Shown: one piece after another, positions 25,277 through 33,898 of the stretch | Position numbering within the stretch: position 1 is the stretch's first letter | Layout of the letters: each line of letters opens with the position of its first letter | From: an uncultured Pirellulales bacterium | GTDB lineage: Bacteria; Planctomycetota; Phycisphaerae; Sedimentisphaerales; Anaerobacaceae | Assembly (NCBI GenBank): GCA_964399795.1 | Contig: CAYNTC010000001.1 | Span: forward strand, 1-33,898 | Direction of reading: 5' to 3' | Length of the DNA: 33,898 nt | Position numbers and translations under genes: made by a program | The notes under the pieces: model-generated | Seen by the model: the letters and a program-made list of their open reading frames with translations, nothing else | Told to the model about the DNA's origin: nothing | The model's database searches: none

Positions 25277-26278
25277 TTAGGCGGTGCTTTTTTTCTGTTT
25301 AGTCAGCCAATAAAGCTGACAGGCAGCCCCGACAAGGGCCATGAAGACCAACCTCGAGAACAAAATCATCGACATCAATAAGGCAGCCGATTTCTCAACC
25401 CCATATAAAGACAAAAGACTCACCAGCAAGGATTCTCTTATGCCAAGATTTGCAATCGACATGGGGACCCGTCCCAAAACATAAACCAAAGCAGCGAGCC
25501 AAACAAATACACCAATAGGCGCGACCAAGTTCGCTCCTTTGGCAGAAAGAACATACACAACGATGCCCATAACCGGTGTTGCGATTATCGTAATAACCGT
25601 CACGAGCAGGTGAAAGCTTGCGCCGGCTGTCTGGAATATCCCCACCTGTTCAAGAATCTCTTCACCTTTTTGACGCATTTTCGAGGGAAACGGTCGGATC
25701 AAGACCTTAAGTGCTGCAACTATCTTGCTGCCAATCTGCCTGTTCAGTAACAGAAAACAAGCAATGATTATTGCTGTCGCGACAGCTCCGCAGATAGCCG
25801 GCAAAAGCCAGCTTCTCTTTATTCCGGCTAAAGATGTCGGGTTACTAACCACCAACGCAACCAGGCCGAAAATACCCATAACGATGATTGTTAATAACTG
25901 GTTGTATACCAGTGCGCTGAAGACATTAGTCCCTTTACCAGTATCTTTTTTTAGAATGTACCATTTTACTCCGGTGCTAAGCAGGCCTGGCATAACCATA
26001 CTGTAAAGTGAAGTCACTGCACTTGCACAGAACACCGTACCGACGCTCACGATACAGTTCTGTCGCCTTAGAATGAATTGCATCTTGATTGAGCGTATCC
26101 AGAAACGGATTAGAGTCGTCACCCAGACCGCCAAAAGAAATTCCCATCTCGCGGTCTTGGCAGCTAGCCAAAATTCCTTAAAGTCTATTTGGCTAAAAAC
26201 CCAGAGCAGCAAACCAGAAGTGATTACTATCCTGAAAGCAAGCTTGATGATTTTCACGTTTTTATTCGAGGATTCCAC
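25277..26278 (-). CDS. Lysylphosphatidylglycerol-synthase-TM-like / 'flippase-like domain' (UPF0104) integral membrane protein
   Basis: About 8 TM segments. The N-terminus KIIKLAFRIVITSGLLLWVFSQIDFKEFWLAAKTARWEFLLA has the pattern I associate with the TIGR00374/UPF0104 family. GTG start with AGGA 7 nt upstream. It is the last gene of the minus-strand string. Confidence 0.7.
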   Translation of the reverse strand: MESSNKNVKIIKLAFRIVITSGLLLWVFSQIDFKEFWLAAKTARWEFLLAVWVTTLIRFWIRSIKMQFILRRQNCIVSVGTVFCASAVTSLYSMVMPGLLSTGVKWYILKKDTGKGTNVFSALVYNQLLTIIVMGIFGLVALVVSNPTSLAGIKRSWLLPAICGAVATAIIIACFLLLNRQIGSKIVAALKVLIRPFPSKMRQKGEEILEQVGIFQTAGASFHLLVTVITIIATPVMGIVVYVLSAKGANLVAPIGVFVWLAALVYVLGRVPMSIANLGIRESLLVSLLSLYGVEKSAALLMSMILFSRLVFMALVGAACQLYWLTKQKKSTA

Positions 26279-26318
26279 GGACGTATCCTATTAAATTCGA
26301 CGGGGTCTTTTCGTCTCT

Positions 26319-27542
26319 CTAGACGATACTCTTAACAAAATCCATTATTCTTTGGCGAGCACAACTATCCTGATACTTGAAGCGCAGATTTTTGACAAAC
26401 AGTCTTTCTTTGGCAAAGTAATTCTTGTCATTGAGCAACTTAATAAGCTGCGTCTTGAAATCCTTGAAGCTGTTTACCTTTGGCCCGGGCGTTACACTAT
26501 CGTAGTCGAACAGAAATCCGGCCTCAGACTCGTATTTCTCCAAATCATATGGTATGAACATAAGTGGCTTATCCGTCAACAGGAAATCAAGAAATACAGT
26601 GGAGTAGTCGGTTATCAAAAGGCTGCACTTGTTAAACAGGGTGTTTACGTCAGTGAGTCTGTCATGATTAATGATTTGTACGTTCTTAAGGCGAGCAAAT
26701 TCGTCCGGTTTCCAATGCCTGTTGTAGAGTTTTCTGGCTTTTGAAACTGTAGTTGCACGATGCCCCCTGAGTATGAACAACATATTGTTTTTTACAAGAA
26801 ATTCCTCCAGCTCAGACGAGTCAAAATCGTCAAAAGGGAAAAATCTTGGAGGCTCGCTGTGTCTAAAAGTCGGAGCATAAAGAACAACCGACTTGTAACT
26901 GTCAAAATCCGCAAGACTTTCCTCAAGAACATCCTGGTTTACGATGTCATTCCTTGGTATGCCGGTAACAATTACCCGCTCAACTGGCAAATTGAAGCTC
27001 TTGGAGAGCAGGAACTTCTCAACTGTCGAAGAGGCCAGCAGATAGCTAACTTTCTTCTTGTGGAAAAATCTGGCAAGAGAAAACGCCAAATGACGCCTTG
27101 TCTTGCGGCACTGGCCAACTCTCTTCCAGTGCAGTCCGTGCCAAAGATTAATAATGAGATGTCTTTTCGTTAAAAAGTAGTAGACATCAGTTATATGGTC
27201 GGATACAAAAACAACCTTCGCCCTTAATATCGTCCAGCACCCTTGTAATGACTTCGCATATATCACATTCTCCGGGAATCTACGTTTCAATTCTAAATAT
27301 AATTGCTTGTTCGCGGTCACCCAGTAGTGTTTAATCTGAGGCTCATTTTTAAGAGCATACTCAAACATAAAACGGCTGTTTTCTCCGTATAGGTCACCTG
27401 CAAACGCGCCATATAGGAAGATGTTTTTTTTCTTTGGTACAAGCCAGTCCAGAAGAAGCAAAGGTACTAACCTCGCAAACTCTGTCCTGACAAGCCGCAG
27501 CAAAGCTTTTAATTCAACCTTCATGTTCAACTGTGCGGACAT
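26319..27542 (-). CDS. TagB/TagF-family CDP-alcohol (glycerol/ribitol-type) phosphotransferase
   Basis: PF04464-type signatures: NLWHGLHWK (catalytic His region), VTGIPRNDIV, VLYAPTFRH, LLITDYSTVFLDFLLTDKPLMFIPYDLEKY. Confidence 0.85.
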   Translation of the reverse strand: MSAQLNMKVELKALLRLVRTEFARLVPLLLLDWLVPKKKNIFLYGAFAGDLYGENSRFMFEYALKNEPQIKHYWVTANKQLYLELKRRFPENVIYAKSLQGCWTILRAKVVFVSDHITDVYYFLTKRHLIINLWHGLHWKRVGQCRKTRRHLAFSLARFFHKKKVSYLLASSTVEKFLLSKSFNLPVERVIVTGIPRNDIVNQDVLEESLADFDSYKSVVLYAPTFRHSEPPRFFPFDDFDSSELEEFLVKNNMLFILRGHRATTVSKARKLYNRHWKPDEFARLKNVQIINHDRLTDVNTLFNKCSLLITDYSTVFLDFLLTDKPLMFIPYDLEKYESEAGFLFDYDSVTPGPKVNSFKDFKTQLIKLLNDKNYFAKERLFVKNLRFKYQDSCARQRIMDFVKSIV

Positions 27543-27599
27543 AATCTACATCACTTAATCTTTCACCCAAAACCAAATGACCGCAAGTATCGGGCGTAT

Positions 27600-28853
27600 C
27601 TACTCTAGGCAAAGTAATCTTTTGAACAATCTTTCACATGATTTGCCGTCCTGAAATTTGTTGAATTTATTCTTAAACCGTTGGTAGTTCGCGGTGTATG
27701 CATCATCATGTGACCAAATGTCAACATTTTTCATCAAAGCCATCAATTCACTCGGCTTATAAGCAAACGGACCGGGCATTTCTCGGTCATAGTCTTCAAA
27801 CATTCCCTCAGGGGCTTTGTATACATCACGGTCGTACGGGAAAAAAATAATAGGATTGTTTGTAAGGGTGAAATCGAAAACCACGCTCGAGTAATCACTG
27901 ATTAGCACGTCGACACAGATTAACATTTCCTGTATGTCCTGGCTGCTCTCAGATACATCTATAATATTAGTGAACCCGCCAAGGCCTGTTATTTTATCGG
28001 CATAAGGATGCTGCTTTATCAGTAGAACATGGTTTTCTTTGATAAGCCACCTGTCAAGTTCGCTGAGAAATCTCTCGTCGAACGGATTTACCGTTTCACC
28101 AATCTTACGAAATGTAGGAGCGTACAAAAACACTTTCTTGTAGTTTGACAGCCTGAACCTGTTGGAAATGTCCTCACAGCTAAATAACTCCGGCCGGAAA
28201 AGAATGTCATTCCTTGGAGACCCAACCTCCAAAATCAGTGCATTGGTGAAAAGTTTCCTGAACACCTCGGTTGTATGATTGCATGATGACAACGCACAAA
28301 AGAATTTCTTCATCTCTATTCTTTTTATTCTCTTCCATAGTTCACGACGCCTGGAATGGACATTCTTGAAAGGTGTTGCGTGCCAACACTGGATTATCTT
28401 GAAACGGCCGATGAGAAACGACGCATTTGGATTAAGGAAGTTGTTGTTATCGACAAAGAGATATTTGGCCCTTAGCATATACCAGAACGCCCTCAGGCCT
28501 TTTGTCGGCTTTATTCCCAAACCTGCAATTTGGCCGAAGAGCTTTTTATTTGGTACATGAAAAATGCTGACAAAATCGTCAAGTCTCTTAGCCGCGTATA
28601 TCGCCAGGTACTTCGGGCACTCTTTAAATTGAAAGTCTATTTCGTTCATCCAAATGGGAAAGTTATAATTCCCTACAGAGCTGAAGAACAGTATTCTTTT
28701 ACTTTTGGGAACCACATAGCTGAGTGGAAAAAGCAAAAGTTTGAGCAAGGCGTTGCGAGCCAGGACAACGACGATCAGGAACAGGCCGATTGACCTGGCC
28801 ACTTTGTTTTTGCCCAGTAACTTGCTGTTTAAAATCGCATAGTTTTTAAGCAT
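27600..28853 (-). CDS. TagB/TagF-family CDP-alcohol phosphotransferase, second divergent paralogue
   Basis: IQCWHATPFK, EVGSPRNDILF, FLYAPTFRK, VLISDYSSVVFDFTLTNNPIIFFPYDRDVY, plus an N-terminal hydrophobic anchor SIGLFLIVVVLARNALLKLLLFPL. Confidence 0.85.
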   Translation of the reverse strand: MLKNYAILNSKLLGKNKVARSIGLFLIVVVLARNALLKLLLFPLSYVVPKSKRILFFSSVGNYNFPIWMNEIDFQFKECPKYLAIYAAKRLDDFVSIFHVPNKKLFGQIAGLGIKPTKGLRAFWYMLRAKYLFVDNNNFLNPNASFLIGRFKIIQCWHATPFKNVHSRRRELWKRIKRIEMKKFFCALSSCNHTTEVFRKLFTNALILEVGSPRNDILFRPELFSCEDISNRFRLSNYKKVFLYAPTFRKIGETVNPFDERFLSELDRWLIKENHVLLIKQHPYADKITGLGGFTNIIDVSESSQDIQEMLICVDVLISDYSSVVFDFTLTNNPIIFFPYDRDVYKAPEGMFEDYDREMPGPFAYKPSELMALMKNVDIWSHDDAYTANYQRFKNKFNKFQDGKSCERLFKRLLCLE

Positions 28854-28926
28854 AATAACCCGTCACACGCGACCTCATTGACTGCCTCGCTCTTACTTGG
28901 TAATCACTTCGGTCGAATTTCTGGTG

Positions 28927-30069
28927 TTAGCTGATTCTAATCCTATGCGAAGTCTGAAGAAGATTGGCATATAGCTCAAGGTATCGCTGCGTAATATTAG
29001 TCCAGCTATATTTCTGCACCCGTTCCAAGGCCTTTTCTGACAGACGACGTCGCAATTTTTCAGAAGCGACCAAGCTCTCAAGATTCTTTTCTATTCCGCT
29101 TACATCTCGTGGTTCAACCGTCAGCGCCGCATCACCTACCACCTCAGTGCAGCCCCCGGCGGTACTCGTGATTATCGCCGTTCCTGCGGCCATCGCTTCT
29201 AATAAAACCGTGGGGAAGTTTTCAGCTTCAGATGGAAAAATGAAAATGGCGCTTTTTTTGAACAATTCGTAAAACTGTGGGTCGGCTTTCCCAAGCCAGC
29301 CCCAGAATTTGACCGGGGTTTTCGAGCCCTCTGCAAGGCGTTTCAATTCAGCGAGATACGGTCCTTCGCCGACGACATTTACCTGCCAATCCAGTCTTAT
29401 ATTTCTTATAGCCTCGATAGCATACTGGAAGCCTTTTCGTCGCATGATTCGGCTGCACATAAGTATTTCGTTTTTTTTGACATCAGGTTTGTACGGCTCC
29501 GGATATATTCCGTTGGTCACCACCTCAAGGTTGGCTTTTTCGCAATGTTTCAAAATCAACTCCTTGAGCGATTCGCTCGGCGATGTCAGCAGCGGAGTTC
29601 GACGGACTAAAAAACGCCATGCGGGCAACAGCAATTTGTGTATCGTCTTGAAACGGTCAGGATTATACCCCGGTACATCTGTGCCGTGACAGGTGATCAA
29701 GAAAGGGGTACTTGTCAATTTGCTTATTATCCAGGCTAATAGACCGCCGGGGATAATAAAATGACAATGTACAATGTCATATTTTTTGCGGCGTGCCAGG
29801 TACAGCGTCTTTATAAGCGCCCCCGGGACATATGTTGCCAGTTCGTGAGTATGGCAGATATTCGGCCTTTTACGAAGCGCAGGTGTCCTGTAGATGTTGA
29901 CGCCCTCTACGGTCTCAAACCGCGGCAGGTTATCGTAGTGCATCGTTACCACATCGACGTGATGTCCCTTGCATACAAGGTGTCTGCTTAGTTCAAAGCT
30001 GACCGGTGCGGCGCCGCCTCCTACAGGTGGAAACTCATGATTAAGCATCAGTATCTTAAGTGTAGTCAC
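28927..30069 (-). CDS. GT4-family (GT-B, retaining) glycosyltransferase
   Basis: KILMLNHEFPPVGGGAA N-terminus and the EX7E region FIFPSEAENFPTVLLEAMAAGTAIITS. GTG start at 30069; an ATG alternative lies 7 codons in. Confidence 0.88.
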   Translation of the reverse strand: MTTLKILMLNHEFPPVGGGAAPVSFELSRHLVCKGHHVDVVTMHYDNLPRFETVEGVNIYRTPALRKRPNICHTHELATYVPGALIKTLYLARRKKYDIVHCHFIIPGGLLAWIISKLTSTPFLITCHGTDVPGYNPDRFKTIHKLLLPAWRFLVRRTPLLTSPSESLKELILKHCEKANLEVVTNGIYPEPYKPDVKKNEILMCSRIMRRKGFQYAIEAIRNIRLDWQVNVVGEGPYLAELKRLAEGSKTPVKFWGWLGKADPQFYELFKKSAIFIFPSEAENFPTVLLEAMAAGTAIITSTAGGCTEVVGDAALTVEPRDVSGIEKNLESLVASEKLRRRLSEKALERVQKYSWTNITQRYLELYANLLQTSHRIRIS

Positions 30070-30077
30070 AATTGTAG

Positions 30078-31976
30078 CTACCCTGAATCACTCAAGCTGG
30101 TTTTACGTTCAAACAACACATGCTCGCCGAACATCGAAACGATTCGATAATTCGTCATCACGAATTCCCTAAAGGGTTTCAGAACCCTGTAACGCTCAGC
30201 TTCATCCTCGCCAAAGTTATCCGCCAGCAACTTGGCCCATTCACGGTCGTACAAATTAATGGCCTCTTTATTTAGCGGCAGGAATGTTCTTTCCTTCAAG
30301 CCCATAAACCCCTTCGGCACTATTGGCCATAACTCATAGGGCGGCCTCTCCGTAGGGATGTGTCGCTTCCGCGAGTCAACGATGAACTTGGGCCTCTCAC
30401 TTTGGAACTCTGCCAGGAGCTGCTCGACTGTCTGGGCCAGCCGCGCTGGCGCAGGCCGGGGCATACAGAACGCCTTTGAAGCCGAACTGAACCGCTGGGC
30501 CTGGACATATATGCCCGGGTACCATCCCCAGACGTAAATTTTGTCGTTCGGTTCTGAATGGTTTCTGATATATTCACCTGCAACTTCCCAAGGACCTTTG
30601 AGGTTTCTTTGTCGTCGCAGTGAGATTTCCCGATACTTTTGAACATAACCGCGATTTCTACTGCCATAATTAACGCCTGAGTGCGGGCTTGTTTTTATCC
30701 CCGCAAATATATGCCAGGACATGATTAGCATGACCAGTAAAGCCCCGATTCCGGCTGCCGACCAGGTCCGTTTATTGCCACCGCTGAGTTTTCGCTGGTA
30801 TAATGTCACTATATACCCACCAAGCATTGCAGCAGATGCGTTTAGCGGCAGGTAGTATTGTTCATAGGAGCGCGGGCTAATCCACACGAAAGCCATATCC
30901 AGCAGCCACCATATCGCTAATAGCAATACGAACCGGTCGTATGAGACTGTCATAACCTTGCTGGCCTTGCGCCTTCGTAGTGCACCACGCACAATTCTTA
31001 CGACTATGGCGCAGACCGCCAGAGATATTGGTAATATAAGTTTGCTGTAGTATCGCAGGACGATGGGCCATTGCTCTGAAAAAGGCACAATTTTTCGGCT
31101 TCGACCAATATAGTCCGAGGCTGTTTTTGCCTGATCTATAGTGGATTTTGCCGGGACGAATTTCGCTAATGTTTGCCACACGAACATGTAAGGAAGATTC
31201 AATTGTACTTTCCAAGCCAGTATCCATATATAAAGTGGCGCAAGTGCCGCTATTGACCCTGCCAGCAGAAGCGCGATATCAAAGCCTGTTTGCCTGAAGG
31301 TCTTGTTCTTCAATACTGGTTGTAGCACGACAAATAGGCCCACTGCTCCGATAGCTGAAACTCCTGTTGGTTTAAAAAGCGGCGCCCAAATCAGAAACAC
31401 GCCGGCCAACATTGCCTGCCACCATTTGCTGTCGAGTTGGTACAAAATGAAACAGCTAATCCCTATCACCATGCAGGCGATCATATACTGTTCTTTGACG
31501 TTACCGAACTTAGCAATCAGCGGCGCAGAAAGATACACTGATGCAACGATGACCCCTACGGCAGCAGCTAATGCACCAAAGAGCCTTCGCATTGCCACGA
31601 ACATGAGCACTAACGCCGCTGCTTGAAGGATCATCTGGATTAACTTAGCCCCTGTTTCATTGAAACCAAATAGCCAAACACCCAACATGTTGACCAGTAG
31701 TGTTCCCAGCCGAGCACTTGGCTTTTCTTCAACGCCGATTTTTGCGCCAGATAGTATATGCGCAGAAGAGTAGACGTATGCGCCGCTATCGAATGGGCCG
31801 GGAGAGTTGAACTCAAAGTATTTACCAAGAGAAAAAGGAATGCCCGCCAGAATGACTATCACCACAAGAGCAAAAATGTGCATTTGCTTTCGGCTTTTAG
31901 GTCGAGTCGTGATATGAGTATCATGCGGTGCTGCCTTTTTGTGTGGAGGTTTCTTTTGTCGGCTGGGCTTGCTCAT
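30078..31976 (-). CDS. GT-C fold, ArnT/PMT (GT39/GT83)-like polyprenyl-phosphate-sugar-dependent glycosyltransferase with a C-terminal soluble domain
   Basis: About 11-13 TM segments. The first extracytoplasmic loop has FDSGAYVYSS (the Asp-containing motif position of GT-C enzymes). The C-terminal ~200-aa domain has IYVWGWYPGIYVQAQRFSSASK, typical of PMT_2-type proteins. Its start overlaps the upstream GT2 stop as ATGA. Confidence 0.75.
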   Translation of the reverse strand: MSKPSRQKKPPHKKAAPHDTHITTRPKSRKQMHIFALVVIVILAGIPFSLGKYFEFNSPGPFDSGAYVYSSAHILSGAKIGVEEKPSARLGTLLVNMLGVWLFGFNETGAKLIQMILQAAALVLMFVAMRRLFGALAAAVGVIVASVYLSAPLIAKFGNVKEQYMIACMVIGISCFILYQLDSKWWQAMLAGVFLIWAPLFKPTGVSAIGAVGLFVVLQPVLKNKTFRQTGFDIALLLAGSIAALAPLYIWILAWKVQLNLPYMFVWQTLAKFVPAKSTIDQAKTASDYIGRSRKIVPFSEQWPIVLRYYSKLILPISLAVCAIVVRIVRGALRRRKASKVMTVSYDRFVLLLAIWWLLDMAFVWISPRSYEQYYLPLNASAAMLGGYIVTLYQRKLSGGNKRTWSAAGIGALLVMLIMSWHIFAGIKTSPHSGVNYGSRNRGYVQKYREISLRRQRNLKGPWEVAGEYIRNHSEPNDKIYVWGWYPGIYVQAQRFSSASKAFCMPRPAPARLAQTVEQLLAEFQSERPKFIVDSRKRHIPTERPPYELWPIVPKGFMGLKERTFLPLNKEAINLYDREWAKLLADNFGEDEAERYRVLKPFREFVMTNYRIVSMFGEHVLFERKTSLSDSG

Positions 31977-32971
31977 CCCTTATCCCCACGATCCTTAATC
32001 GATTCGAGTATTTCCTTTATCACATACGTAGGGCGGTTCTGTGACTCATGGTATGTTCGCACTAAAAGCTCCGCAAGCAATCCCATTAGTACGAACTGAA
32101 TTGTAGCCGTGATCAACAGCGCAGTCAGGACTAATAGTGGATTCCTGTTCATAGACAGATGCGAAGGAGAGATAAACTTTTGATAGAGTACTACAAGGCC
32201 CGATGTCACAGCCACAAGTGCACTTGCTGCTCCTAAACCGCCAAAGATGTAGATCGGCTTAGTTGAAAACGAACCTAAGAATTTGACCGTGATAAGGTCT
32301 AGTATTACCTTGAGTGTCCGTCCCAGACCGTATTTTGGCGCGCCCGAGGTTCTGTGTCTGTGGTTTACCTCGATCTCAACGATCCTGGCACCGCTCCAGC
32401 TTGCCAGCGCTGGTATGAAGCGGTGCATTTCACCGTACAATTTCGTCTCGGCTAAGACCTCTCGACGATATGCTTTGAGCGTGCAACCAAAGTCATGCAG
32501 CCGGACACCTGTAATTCTGGCAATCAGCCAATTGGCGATTTTAGATGGTACAATCCTTGTTATGAGTTTGTCGTGTCGATTTTTTCGCCAGCCACTAACA
32601 ACATCGAATCCCTCATTAAGTTTAGTGAGCATCTTAGGTATATCTGCCGGGTCGTTCTGCAGATCAGCGTCGATCGCAACGATGATTTCGCCCCGCGCGT
32701 GCTCGAAGCCGGCACTAAGTGCGGCTGTTTGGCCAAAGTTCTTACGGAAGCGGATTATCCGGATTCTTGCATCCTTCTTTTGCAACTGGCTCAGTATCTC
32801 GAAACTATTGTCTGTGCAACCATCGTCAACGAATACTATTTCGTAATCATATTTATCGGCCAGGGTTTGTGTGATCTGCTCATGGAGTGGACCGAGATTG
32901 TCCTGCTCATTCAGAACCGGTACCACTACGGAAACCTCACAATGCGTATGCTTAGTATCTTTTTTGGCCAT
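31973..32971 (-). CDS. GT2 polyprenyl-phosphate glycosyltransferase (GtrB/ArnC/DPM1-like)
   Basis: VSVVVPVLNEQDNL, VFVDDGCTDNS, AIDADLQNDP, and two C-terminal TMs with PIYIFGGLG and LMGLLAELLVRTYHESQNRPTYVI, the hallmark of this family. The start is re-set from the track's GTG 32992 to ATG 32971 (MAKKD), which has GGAG 6 nt upstream. Confidence 0.88.
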   Translation of the reverse strand: MAKKDTKHTHCEVSVVVPVLNEQDNLGPLHEQITQTLADKYDYEIVFVDDGCTDNSFEILSQLQKKDARIRIIRFRKNFGQTAALSAGFEHARGEIIVAIDADLQNDPADIPKMLTKLNEGFDVVSGWRKNRHDKLITRIVPSKIANWLIARITGVRLHDFGCTLKAYRREVLAETKLYGEMHRFIPALASWSGARIVEIEVNHRHRTSGAPKYGLGRTLKVILDLITVKFLGSFSTKPIYIFGGLGAASALVAVTSGLVVLYQKFISPSHLSMNRNPLLVLTALLITATIQFVLMGLLAELLVRTYHESQNRPTYVIKEILESIKDRGDKG

Positions 32972-33003
32972 ACTTTGCTCCGTATGTATCACTTTGTCGC
33001 ACT

Positions 33004-33032
33004 ATACTAATGCCTGCGTTGGCATTTTGCAA
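33004..33032 (-). promoter_or_regulatory. Sigma70-like promoter for the minus-strand glycopolymer operon
   Basis: On the minus strand: TTGCAA (33032..33027), a 17-nt spacer, then TAGTAT (33009..33004). The predicted TSS near 32997 gives a ~26-nt leader containing the GGAG ahead of ATG 32971. Confidence 0.4.
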
Positions 33033-33235
33033 TAACGCCGGTCACCTTCCCCTAATAGAATATCGGCTGTAATACCAGGCTATGTAAGTCAAAAATGTCA
33101 GAAGGCATGTGTAAGACTGCTAATTGTTGAGTATAATGTGGCTATAGTCATTTTCAGTAACATGTGGGCTTGATTACAAAGTTAGAAGGGAAATTTCCGT
33201 AGTGGGTTAAAAGAAGAAACGAAAGGGCAATAAGC

Positions 33236-33895
33236 ATGTTATATGACGTCTTTTATTTGATTGGCATTGTAGGCATTGTCATATTGGCATTTATCATTGG
33301 CAAGAGGTTCTCCGCTACAAGCAAAACCCAGTCTAAGGCAACCACATTCATGCTCAAATCCATCCAGGCAATTGCTGAGCTGGCCGTCCTGGAGTATATC
33401 ACCGAAGGTGTCGCAGAAATAAAAGAAAAAAAGACCAGCTTAATTACGGTTCGTTGGAAGAGAGGCCTTTTAAGATACACTGCCAAACTCAAGGTTGGCT
33501 TTGATCTGGACCGGCTGGATTATGCGGTTGATGATGTCCAGAAGGTAATTCGGATTGCACTGCCCAGCCCGAGAATATTGAGCTGTGAAATTTACAATAG
33601 AAAGTTCTACAAGCTGCCTCTGGAAAAGGCTGAGAACGTACCTTGGAAAGTTGACATAATCCAGGACTTCAGCTCGGATGAGGTTCTTGCTCTTGATGAT
33701 GAAGCCAGAGAAAGCGCTCTGCAAAATGTCAAAGAGTTCTACGTATTGGACTTGCTCCAGGACAAAACTAGGCTGGCCTTTAAGAAAATTTTTTCGCTAT
33801 CCTATCCTGACTATAGCACAGATATATCAATCACAGGCCAAACCCAGGAGCAGCCGGCTGGTCAACTTCCCGAGCAAACAGCCTCAGAAAGTTGA
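33236..33895 (+). CDS. N-terminally membrane-anchored hypothetical protein, possibly DUF4230 family
   Basis: Single TM (VFYLIGIVGIVILAFIIG) followed by IQAIAELAVLEYITEGV ... LRYTAKLKVGFDL. This resembles the DUF4230 pattern as I remember it. A TATAAT at 33132..33137 is a possible -10. The stop codon is complete at 33893..33895. Confidence 0.5.
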   Translation: MLYDVFYLIGIVGIVILAFIIGKRFSATSKTQSKATTFMLKSIQAIAELAVLEYITEGVAEIKEKKTSLITVRWKRGLLRYTAKLKVGFDLDRLDYAVDDVQKVIRIALPSPRILSCEIYNRKFYKLPLEKAENVPWKVDIIQDFSSDEVLALDDEARESALQNVKEFYVLDLLQDKTRLAFKKIFSLSYPDYSTDISITGQTQEQPAGQLPEQTASES

Positions 33896-33898
33896 GCT

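Noticed and set aside
1-33898. Searched by eye for CRISPR repeats, transposase, integrase or recombinase genes, toxin-antitoxin pairs and known defence-system genes.
   Set aside because: None found. The only repeats are the short palindromic intergenic elements, and all large ORFs are accounted for by metabolic or envelope functions.

Overview
This 33.9-kb bacterial window has no rRNA, tRNA, CRISPR array, transposase or integrase that I can recognise. The first ~21.4 kb is core metabolism. On the + strand: gltB (5'-truncated by the window edge), gltD, carB, carA. On the - strand: guaB, guaA and a frameshifted PAP2-like gene. Back on the + strand: an APC-family permease with a C-terminal PTS-EIIA(Ntr)-like domain, dxr, a long rseP-type site-2 protease, and a divergent SHMT-family gene. 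The accessory part, ~22.0-33.0 kb, is the best candidate for an undescribed system. It is a surface-glycopolymer cluster built from two convergent units. The + unit is a LicC-like nucleotidyltransferase fused to a CobD-like PLP enzyme, translationally coupled to a leaderless sulfatase-family protein that lacks the CxPxR motif. The - unit is a six-gene string: GtrB/ArnC-like GT2, ArnT/PMT-like GT-C, GT4, two TagF-family phosphotransferases, and an MprF-TM-like 'flippase-like' protein. My working hypothesis is a teichoic-acid-like, phospho-amino-alcohol-containing polymer or decoration made from a CDP-activated donor. Three intergenic loci carry paired inverted hairpin-forming repeat units, and two related ones bracket dxr. 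Several ORF-track starts look too long, and I re-set them from SD, promoter or motif position. Taxonomy cannot be fixed from sequence alone; the repeats and gene content are only reminiscent of PVC/Planctomycetota-type genomes. All calls come from motif recognition by eye; no database search or alignment was run.
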